Shown here piece after piece: positions 12,057-19,998 of a DNA stretch of 64,000 nucleotides. The stretch covers positions 1,695-65,694 of the forward strand of contig JBJXFG010000086.1 in assembly GCA_046154665.1 (NCBI GenBank). The letters are read 5' to 3'. Position numbers and translations under genes: made by a program. Under the pieces are notes generated by a model that did no database searches, was not told the DNA's origin, and worked only from the letters and a program-made list of their open reading frames with translations. Within the stretch, counting starts at the first letter, position 1; the number at the start of each line of letters is the position of its first letter. The DNA is from Phycisphaerales bacterium (GTDB lineage Bacteria; Planctomycetota; Phycisphaerae; Phycisphaerales; UBA1924).

Positions 12057-14090
12057 CTACGGCCTCAAGTCCGCCGGCACACTCGTCGTCCACGTCGGTG
12101 CCGCCTTGAAGTTCGACCACGGGCGGGTGATCGTCACCCCCATGAAGTTCAGCGGCACAATCCCGCGTCCCGCCACGCCTTGCATGACGTCCTGCATCTC
12201 GTCGTTGGTCGGGGGCCGACCCCAGACCGACTGGATTCGGTGCTGGTCCATCTGGCCCCAGATTTCATGGCCGGGGTTAAGGAAGTCCATCAGCGCAACC
12301 CCGATCGGATGCCTGTACAGCGGACCGTTCAGCGCATCATTCAAGGCCACGTCGTAGGTCGGCGCCAGCGTATGAAGCAGATCGCTGTGCCGACCCTCGG
12401 TGATGAGTCGCTGCGCTTTGCCCCGCTGCGCGCAGTGCGCCTGCATGTCCTGCACCCACCAATAGCTGTCCCAGTGCGGCATCTGCGCCAGCGCGTCCAG
12501 ACCGATCATCGTCGTGTTGACGTCCAGCGCCCCGTCGATTTCGGTGAACGCCGCCTCGAGGTCCGTCGGATCGTTGTCATAGGGCACGATCGGCAGCAGC
12601 GCCGGCTCGTCCCATGTGGGCGACCAGTCCGCCGCGTGGCCCCACCACAGCCCGAACTCGCGCGTCCGGTTCTGCGACATCCCCGCCAGCACGGGCAGCG
12701 TGTCCAGGATCGCCGTGCTCCCAGACTGCGCCGGGATGTTGTACCAGTTGCTGGTGAACTGGAACGGATAGTTGTTGTGACGGTTCACTTGGTAGAGGCC
12801 CGCCGCCGCCCAGACCATCTGACGCTCCCAGCCCACGCCGTACAACCCGTTCCAAACCGAGCTCCACGGCCCCCAGCCAAACGTGTCCGGCCGGCGCGTC
12901 GCCCCGTACGTCCAGCCGTAGTGGTTGAAGTTCAGTTGCTCACCGATCGCCACGATCGAGCCCGTCACCGGGCGTGCATCGCGCTGGTACCGCACCCCGC
13001 CGTAGCGGCACCGATAGTCCTCGCGATAGGGCACGAGTGTCCGCAACCACTCGTTGTTTGTCGCGGAATCGCCCTTCATGATCCGCACGCTGATGATGTA
13101 CGTCCGCTTCTCGCCCGGCTTCAGGTCGCCCTCGGGGTTGTACCGCCCGTAGGTGCCCGCGATGTTGAGCTGGAACGACAGCTCCCAGTTCCGACCCCCC
13201 GTCGTGTGCTGCCAGCAGAACGACTCGTACTTGATCCGTACGGCGTGCTTGTACTCCAGCAACGGGTACTGGATCGACGCACCGATCGTGTACACCCCGT
13301 TTGAGATCACCGCCACCGGCGAGTAATAGTCACCCGGCCACTCGTACCCGCAGCACACGTACGACTGCGGCGCAAAGCACGCCCACGGCGGCTGGTCCGG
13401 CGGCGGCGCAAAGTCCGCGTGCGCCGTGTACGGCGCGCCACCGAACCGAAAATCACGCACCTGCACGTCCTCACCAAACCGGATCCCCGGCACCTTCAGC
13501 ATCCCCAGCGAGCGGTTCACCACGTCCGTGTTGAGGTAGTTCACCACCAGGTCGTACCCGTCGGGCTTATCGACCAGTTCAAGCTCCGGCGCCAGCGGCA
13601 CCGTCGGAGGTGCCCCTTCGAGGTAAGGCTTCCACGCCGGGCAGCCGCTCGGCGACATCACCACCGCGTTGCCCGCCAGTTCGTCCACCACCGTGATCAT
13701 CTTGGTCACGGGGTCCATCGAGCACGCAAACGACACCCCGGGGATCGGCGGCTCGGGCGTGTACGTCTTCCCGAAGTTCGCGAGGAATGTCACCAGGTCC
13801 GCCGTGTTGATGGCCCGGTCGCGGTTCAGGTCGCCGTCGAGCGACGTGATGAACCCCTGCTTCCCGAAGTTCCCGAGGAACCTCACGAGGTCGGCGGTGT
13901 TGACAACGTTGTCTCGATTGAGATCACCCGGCAGGCAGCCGAGGTTCAGGTCTGGCTCGATCACGATCGGCGGACCGCCCGGGCTCCCGGGACTCTCTCC
14001 CCCGCCGGGGCCCGCCGCCGCGTGCAACCCCGAGAGAGCGAACAGCATCCAACCCATGCGGAACGCGCGGCGAACGAAGTAACGGTCCAT
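12057..14090 (-). CDS. Secreted protein of unknown function with N-terminal dockerin-like twin repeat
   Basis: ATG 14090 gives MDRYFVRRAFRMGWMLFALSGLHAAAG, preceded by GGGAG. It contains DLNRDNVVNTADLVRFLGNFG and DLNRDRAINTADLVTFLANFG. The rest is a W/Y-rich ~550-aa domain with no motif I recognise. Confidence 0.7.
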   Translation of the reverse strand: MDRYFVRRAFRMGWMLFALSGLHAAAGPGGGESPGSPGGPPIVIEPDLNLGCLPGDLNRDNVVNTADLVRFLGNFGKQGFITSLDGDLNRDRAINTADLVTFLANFGKTYTPEPPIPGVSFACSMDPVTKMITVVDELAGNAVVMSPSGCPAWKPYLEGAPPTVPLAPELELVDKPDGYDLVVNYLNTDVVNRSLGMLKVPGIRFGEDVQVRDFRFGGAPYTAHADFAPPPDQPPWACFAPQSYVCCGYEWPGDYYSPVAVISNGVYTIGASIQYPLLEYKHAVRIKYESFCWQHTTGGRNWELSFQLNIAGTYGRYNPEGDLKPGEKRTYIISVRIMKGDSATNNEWLRTLVPYREDYRCRYGGVRYQRDARPVTGSIVAIGEQLNFNHYGWTYGATRRPDTFGWGPWSSVWNGLYGVGWERQMVWAAAGLYQVNRHNNYPFQFTSNWYNIPAQSGSTAILDTLPVLAGMSQNRTREFGLWWGHAADWSPTWDEPALLPIVPYDNDPTDLEAAFTEIDGALDVNTTMIGLDALAQMPHWDSYWWVQDMQAHCAQRGKAQRLITEGRHSDLLHTLAPTYDVALNDALNGPLYRHPIGVALMDFLNPGHEIWGQMDQHRIQSVWGRPPTNDEMQDVMQGVAGRGIVPLNFMGVTITRPWSNFKAAPTWTTSVPADLRP

Positions 14091-14295
14091 CGTTGTTCTC
14101 CCTGTCAGAGCCGGCCCGAGGCCCGAAGCCCGATGCACGCCGCGAGGCTGAGGCACGGACGCCCCGCTGACATAAGCCTACCTCACATTCGGCGTTCCGC
14201 CAGCGCCGAGCGAAACGTTGACAGGAATCGAACACGCCGGTGGCCGAACCCCGCCATTCGCCAGACACTCAACAGGACCGAAGAAACCACGCCCC

Positions 14296-15213
14296 ATGCT
14301 CCCCGCCGCCGAACAGCCCCACGCATCCGACGCCGAACTCGGAACAGAAGCCGCCCACGGCATGGCGTGCATGGAAATCTGGGGCGGCAACGTCGCCACC
14401 GAGCAGGCCGTCAGCACCCCGGGCATCGACGCCTACGTCTACAGCAAGCCCTACGCCGGCAGCGAAGGCGGGGGCGACATCCACTACGTCTCGCTGTGCT
14501 CGGCGGGCAAGATCGCCCGCTTCGCCGTCGCCGACGTCGCCGGCCACGGCGCGGAAGTCTCGGAACTCGCGATTCGCCTCCGCGGCATGATGCGCCGCTA
14601 CATCAACACCCCCGACCAGGCACGCTTCGCCTCGGAACTCAACGCCGCGTTCGGCGGTGAGAGCCAGGCCGGGGGGGGCCGCTTCGCCACCGCGTTACTC
14701 GCGACCTACTGGGCCCCCACCGATCACCTCATCATCTGCAACGCTGGACACCCGCGCCCGCTGTGGTACCGCGCCAGCGAAAGGCGCTGGACCCTGATGA
14801 CCGAGGAATCCGGCCTGCGTGCCGACCACGCCGGGGGGTGGAGCGACGACATCGGCATCCGCAACCTCCCGCTTGGCATCCTCGATCCAACCGACTATAC
14901 CCAGAGCGCCTTCCCGCTCGCCAAGGGCGACCTGGTCCTCATCTACACCGATTCATTGACCGAAGCCACCGCGCCAACGGGCGAAATGCTGGGCGAAACC
15001 GGCCTGCTCAACCTCTGCGCCGAACTCGACGCCACGAGACCCGAAGGATTCATCGAAGCGCTGCTCGAACGGGTCAAGCACTTCCGCGCCGCCGCCGATT
15101 CCGATGACGACGTGACCGCCCTGCTGCTGCACCACAACGCGGCGGACGTGCCCCGCTACTCGCTCGCGGCGCGAGCGGGAATGGTCTTGCGGATGCTGGG
15201 GCTGCGGGGGTGA
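14296..15213 (+). CDS. PP2C-family (SpoIIE/RsbU-like) protein phosphatase
   Basis: MEIWGGN, GGDIHYVS, ADVAGHGAEVS, FATALLATY, CNAGHPRP, IYTDSLTEA and DDDVTALLL are the PP2C/SpoIIE metal-binding blocks. The start is uncertain; the ORF opens at 14218. Confidence 0.8.
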   Translation: MLPAAEQPHASDAELGTEAAHGMACMEIWGGNVATEQAVSTPGIDAYVYSKPYAGSEGGGDIHYVSLCSAGKIARFAVADVAGHGAEVSELAIRLRGMMRRYINTPDQARFASELNAAFGGESQAGGGRFATALLATYWAPTDHLIICNAGHPRPLWYRASERRWTLMTEESGLRADHAGGWSDDIGIRNLPLGILDPTDYTQSAFPLAKGDLVLIYTDSLTEATAPTGEMLGETGLLNLCAELDATRPEGFIEALLERVKHFRAAADSDDDVTALLLHHNAADVPRYSLAARAGMVLRMLGLRG

Positions 15214-15248
15214 CCGCGCCATCGATGCGCATCAATCACAACGCTCAA

Positions 15249-16949
15249 TCAATCAGCCCGACGCTCAACCCCATCGTTTCCCGCCGTCTGGGCCACTCGA
15301 CCGTTGAGCATCCTCCCCATAATCGTCCGCCGCACTAACAAGTGGTAGCACGCCAGCAGCGCCCCCACGCACCCCACCAGCAGCACCGCGAGTTTGGCCA
15401 GCGTCGGCATCTCCACATCAAACAGCAGCACCTGCCCCGCGATCACCAGCGGCAGGTGCACGAGATACTGCCAGTACGCCGAGTCAGAGACGTACCGCAC
15501 CCAGCGCCACGGCTTCGCAAACAACGCCTCGCACAGACCGAGCACGCCGAACGTCGCCAGCCAGACGTACAGCACCTGCAGCGTGTTCGACACCAAGCGG
15601 CGTGCGCCGTCGTCGCTGATGAGCGTGGCCGCACGCCCCGGCTGATACGCAAACAACAGCGCAAACGGCAGGATCACCAGCGCCAGCGGCAGCGCGGCCC
15701 ACCAGAACCGCCCCAGCTTCGCGGCCAGCCCACGCACCCGCAGCGCCAGCGCCCCGAACCCGAAAAACACCGCGTAGTACAGCACAACATGCGGCACCGG
15801 CACAATCCCCGTCGAAGTATCCGGGCCAAAGCCCAACGCCGTGCCGCGGTTGTGCATGTAGTATTGCGGCAGCATCGTCAACGGCACCAGCCACACCAGG
15901 CACATCGGCATCGAGAACAGCATCTTGGGCAGCCGCACACTCGGCAGCAGCGGCTCAAGCCACGCCACCACCACAAACCCTGCGTTCAGCCAGCACAAGA
16001 ACCACAAGAACCACAGGTGCAGGAAAAACTCGCCGGATTGCAGGCGCGCCAGCAGCCCGGGCGATCGCGGCTCATCCGCCGCCGCTGGCTTCTGGTTCGC
16101 GCCGCCCCCCGCCAACGCGCCGGCGTCGATCATCGCCCGGATGCGCTCCCGCCCGGCGCTCACCGCCGCGAAGTCCACCGGCACCTTCAAGAAGTTCGCG
16201 ATGAACTCGGTCGTCTGCTTGTCGTGACGCAGCGCATCGGCGGGCAGTTCACCCGCGGCACCCCGCACGGTCACGTCGGCCCCCGCCTTGAGCAGCCGCT
16301 CCGCCATCTCGCTGTGCCCGAAGAAGCACGCCGTGTGCAGCGCCGTGTTCCCGTCCCGGTACCGCGCGTTCGGATCGGCGCCCAGCTCAAGCAGCACGAT
16401 CGTCGATTCGATCTGGCCCGAGATCGCCGCCCAGCCCAGCGCCGTGACGCCCAGCTTCGGATCGGGCTCGTTCAGCTTCGCGGCGTCGGCACCGAAAGTC
16501 CGCACCCCCTCGATGTCGCCGACGCCCGCCGCATTCCAAAGGTCCGTCGCCTTCTCGGCCGCGCCGGCCGGGGCCGCCGCACTCGCCGCGGCCTGCGTCG
16601 AAACCGCCCAGTTCGTCGCCCACCACGTCAGAGGCAGGATGGTCACGCAGCCAATCGCCAGCGGCAGCAGAATCCTCTTCGCCCGCTGCGACACCAGCCC
16701 CCCAAGCCCGCGACGATGCCACAGCATCGCCGTGAAAAAGCCGCTCAGCAGAAAGAACAGCGGCATGCGGAACCCGTGCACCCCCGCCACGAAGATCCCC
16801 AGCAGCGGCTCGGCCGGCTCGTCGGAGAGCATCCACGCGGTCCCGATGTACGCCATCGCCGCGTGCAGCGCGATCCCCAGCAGCATCGCGAAGGAACGCA
16901 CCGCATCCAAATCGGAACGGCGCGCGTTGGGCATTGACTCGGCACTCAT
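15249..16949 (-). CDS. Acyltransferase-3 family membrane protein with embedded ankyrin repeats
   Basis: DAVRSFAMLLGIALHAAMAY and RMPLFFLLSGFF are the Acyl_transf_3 N-terminal signature, and there are multiple TM segments. The central part, GVTALGWAAISGQIESTIVLLELGADPNARYRDGNTALHTACFFGHSEMAERLLKAGADV, is an ankyrin-repeat pattern. Confidence 0.8.
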   Translation of the reverse strand: MSAESMPNARRSDLDAVRSFAMLLGIALHAAMAYIGTAWMLSDEPAEPLLGIFVAGVHGFRMPLFFLLSGFFTAMLWHRRGLGGLVSQRAKRILLPLAIGCVTILPLTWWATNWAVSTQAAASAAAPAGAAEKATDLWNAAGVGDIEGVRTFGADAAKLNEPDPKLGVTALGWAAISGQIESTIVLLELGADPNARYRDGNTALHTACFFGHSEMAERLLKAGADVTVRGAAGELPADALRHDKQTTEFIANFLKVPVDFAAVSAGRERIRAMIDAGALAGGGANQKPAAADEPRSPGLLARLQSGEFFLHLWFLWFLCWLNAGFVVVAWLEPLLPSVRLPKMLFSMPMCLVWLVPLTMLPQYYMHNRGTALGFGPDTSTGIVPVPHVVLYYAVFFGFGALALRVRGLAAKLGRFWWAALPLALVILPFALLFAYQPGRAATLISDDGARRLVSNTLQVLYVWLATFGVLGLCEALFAKPWRWVRYVSDSAYWQYLVHLPLVIAGQVLLFDVEMPTLAKLAVLLVGCVGALLACYHLLVRRTIMGRMLNGRVAQTAGNDGVERRAD

Positions 16950-17121
16950 CGAACAGACCTCTCTTTCCGGCGCATGAGACCGCGCGGCGGCCGCGCCGGC
17001 GGGCCGCAACGAATCAGAACTCCAAGCATCACCGCACGCAACACCGATCCGGACCCTGCCCTTCAACGCGGCCTTCGGGCTCGCCGTGCCCGTGCCACTT
17101 CACGCGCACTTCACGGGAGGC

Positions 17122-17355
17122 CTACTCCACACGCTGCCATCGGAACACCTCGTCAACGTTCTTCCCGAGTACTTCCGCGATCCGGAACGCGCATTCCAAC
17201 GTCGGCGGGTGGCCGGGCCAACAAGCAGGCCTTCGAAAGGTGGTATGGCCAAGTCCTCTTGGCCATGCTCCCCCAGACCCCAGTTGCATCCGACCAAGCA
17301 GCATGGCCAAGCTTTGCTCGACCATGGCACCCACCACTCCCCTCCCACCCCCCAC
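17122..17355 (-). pseudogene. Possible decayed XRE-family HTH gene remnant
   Basis: The C-terminus PPTLECAFRIAEVLGKNVDEVF matches helix 3 onward of small Cro/XRE regulators. The expected upstream 'sQEDLA' helix appears only in another frame (EHGQEDLA in ORF 17100..17480). This suggests frameshift decay. Confidence 0.25.
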
Positions 17356-18135
17356 CCCTCAAGCCACCCCCCAAAGCGCACCGACCCACTTCGCGCGCCC
17401 AATCGGGTCATCCCCGCCCCCAGAGCCAGGAACTTCGCAGGACACTTCCAACCCAAGTCCTCATAAGCCTTTACCACCACAGGCCCGAAATATCACTCAC
17501 CCGGTTTGTGCGCCAAAACCGGGGCGCGGGGGGGAAGGGTGTGGGCGTGATGTCGCGCGGGCGAACCAATCCCACAACCCAATGCAACCGCCGGCCGGCC
17601 AAGCAGAGGGTGTCTTTGGCGCGTCGACGTTTCAGGTCGAGCTCGCCGAAGCCGTCACTGAGCCGCTCTGGGCGAAGTGACGGATCAGTGCCCGTCCGAA
17701 CCTGACCGATGGCCCGTTCCTAGTTCGTGGTCTCGCCGCGAGCCGAAAGGCCCGCCGGGTGCCATTTCCCCTCATATGGATCGTGACCGACCCTCGGGCG
17801 AGAGCGCGACGATTCGCTCCGAAGACTCCGCCCATCGTCGGCGTGGGCCGCCCTTGAAACAATGACGATCTGTATCACATCTTCACCCGCGAGTACCGCC
17901 CCACGTTCCGCTTGCACGTCCCTGTCGCCCGCTCCACCATCCCCTTGAACGCCTTCGCCTCAGCCCGGCGGCGGGTTCGGTCGGTCGCGCCGCGGCTGGT
18001 CCATCGGTTGGCAAGTTAGTCCGCGTCGGCACCGGCCCCGAACTCGGTGCCGGCAATCCGGCGATCACTGCTCAGTCCACCATCCCTGACCGAGTGGCAC
18101 TCCCCGAAACCCACCGTACCATCTCCCGCATTCAC

Positions 18136-18170
18136 TCCGTGCCTTCGTGCCTCGATGCCTGCGTGCCTCA
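18136..18170. repeat. Tandem ~8-mers of the YCGTGCCT family
   Basis: tccgtgccttcgtgcctcgatgcctgcgtgcctca, just upstream of hbd. The same family lies inside purL at 45174 and 45571. Confidence 0.75.
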
Positions 18171-18207
18171 CCTTGAACACCTCCACCTCATTCCCACTCT
18201 CCACTCA

Positions 18208-19098
18208 ATGACCACCCCCAACCACATCGCCGTGATCGGCGCCGGCCAGATGGGCGGCGGGATCGCCCAGGTCGCCGCTGTCGCCGGCATCAACGTCACC
18301 GTGTTCGACTCCTTCCCCGGCGCGGCGGACCGGTGCCAAGCCGTACACAAGAAATCCCTCGCCAAGTTTGTCGAGAAAGGCAAACTCAGCCAGGCCGACA
18401 TGGACGGCGCGCTCGCGCGCATCAAGCACGTGAGCAGCCTCGATGCGCTGCCGAAGGACGCCGACTGGATCATCGAAGCGGTGGTCGAGAACGCGCAGGT
18501 GAAGCGTGACCTGTTCGCGCGGCTGGCGCAGATGTACCCGCAGGAGTTCGTCGTGCTGGCGACCAACACCAGCAGCATCAGCATCACCGAGATCGCCGCC
18601 GCCGCAGGGCCGGGCGGGGGGGCAGGGGGAGATTCGGCGTCGCGCGTGGTGGGCATGCACTTCTTCAACCCCGTGGCGCTGATGCAACTCGTCGAGGTCA
18701 TCCCCGCGGTGCAGACTTCCCCGGCGGTCGTCGAGCGCACCATCAAGCTCGCCGAGCGCATGGGCAAGACCCCGCTAAAGGCCAACGACCGCGCCGGCTT
18801 CATCAGCAACCGAGTGCTGATGCCGATGATCAACGAAGCGTTCTACGCCTGGATGGAAGGCGTCGCCGAGCCCGAAGCCATCGACGGCATCATGAAGCTC
18901 GGCTGCAACTTCCCGATGGGCCCCTTGCGTCTCGCGGATTTCATCGGCCTCGACACCTGCGCCCACATCATGAACGTGCTCGCCGAAGGCCTCAACAACG
19001 ACCGCTACCGCCCCTGCCCGCTGCTGCGCCAACTGGTGACGGCGGGCCGGCTGGGCGACAAGGCGGGGCGCGGGGTGTTTGAGTATCCGAAGAAATAG
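18208..19098 (+). CDS. hbd: 3-hydroxybutyryl-CoA / 3-hydroxyacyl-CoA dehydrogenase
   Basis: IAVIGAGQMGGGIAQV Rossmann motif, TNTSSISITEIA, GMHFFNPV, PGFISNRVLMPMINEA and MKLGCNFPMGPL. It has an extra G-rich loop (GPGGGAGGDSAS). Confidence 0.9.
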   Translation: MTTPNHIAVIGAGQMGGGIAQVAAVAGINVTVFDSFPGAADRCQAVHKKSLAKFVEKGKLSQADMDGALARIKHVSSLDALPKDADWIIEAVVENAQVKRDLFARLAQMYPQEFVVLATNTSSISITEIAAAAGPGGGAGGDSASRVVGMHFFNPVALMQLVEVIPAVQTSPAVVERTIKLAERMGKTPLKANDRAGFISNRVLMPMINEAFYAWMEGVAEPEAIDGIMKLGCNFPMGPLRLADFIGLDTCAHIMNVLAEGLNNDRYRPCPLLRQLVTAGRLGDKAGRGVFEYPKK

Positions 19099-19283
19099 CC
19101 GCAGTTCAAAGCCCATTTCGCCGCTGAGGCGAGGAGGACGCGGAGACGAGTGGCCCCTTCACGTCCCGCGGCCCGCCGAGGGTAGCCGACGTCGGAATTC
19201 ACATATTGATTGAGTGGCCCCGGTTCGGTACGCTGGGCTCGGCGTAACTGTCAAGATCGCATCGACGGGACTCCGGAGGCAAC

Positions 19284-19937
19284 ATGGTTTTTCTCAGGGC
19301 ACTTCTCGGCGGCATGATCGGCGCGCTCATCGGTGCCGCGGTGTGGTTCGCGGTCGCCTATTTCCTTTCGTGGAACGTCGGCATCATCGCCTGGGGCATC
19401 GGTGCCCTCGCGGGGTTCGGCGCGTTCAAGCTCTCATCCGAGCCGGGAACCAGCGCGACCGGTGCCGCGGCGGTGCTGGCGGCGATCCTCGGCGTGCTCG
19501 GGGGCAAGTACGCGACCGCCCATGTGGCGGTGAACTCGTTTGCGAGCCAGCTCGCCACGCTCACGCCCGCCTCGTACACCGACGACGACTTGGTGGTGAT
19601 TCTCGCCGAGGAGGAACTCGACGCCGTCGAGGCGATGGGCAAGAGCGACGCCCTCAAGTGGCCCAAGGGGATGGACCGCGGCAACGCATCAGCGCCAGAC
19701 GACTATCCCCCGAACATCGCCGGCAAGGCCAAGCAGCGTTTCGCGCAGATGAAGCCCGAAGAGCGGGAGGCGATGAAGCAGCGTGTCATCGCCGAGATCA
19801 ACGCGGCGCTGAGCTCCGGAACCAGCGGCATCTCCTTCGATGTCTTCCTCAGTCTCTTCAGCATCTTTGACATCCTGTGGATCACGCTGGCCGCGGTGAC
19901 CGCGTGGAAGATCGGGGCGCAGGACGACACGCAGTAG
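19284..19937 (+). CDS. Hypothetical membrane protein
   Basis: ATG preceded by GGAGG. There are N-terminal TM helices (LLGGMIGALIGAAVWFAVAYF, IIAWGIGALAGFGAF) and a C-terminal TM. No family recognised. Confidence 0.65.
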   Translation: MVFLRALLGGMIGALIGAAVWFAVAYFLSWNVGIIAWGIGALAGFGAFKLSSEPGTSATGAAAVLAAILGVLGGKYATAHVAVNSFASQLATLTPASYTDDDLVVILAEEELDAVEAMGKSDALKWPKGMDRGNASAPDDYPPNIAGKAKQRFAQMKPEEREAMKQRVIAEINAALSSGTSGISFDVFLSLFSIFDILWITLAAVTAWKIGAQDDTQ

Positions 19938-19998
19938 GTCCGCGGCACTTCCAGAGGCGGGGGAACACGAGAGGCGGAGGGGCCGGATCAAACGTGCC

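Noticed and set aside
17480-18090. Transposase, toxin or HigB-like ORF adjacent to the XRE remnant.
   Set aside because: I translated all six frames by hand. They give only short ORFs with no recognisable motifs, so I left the region as unannotated or decayed.
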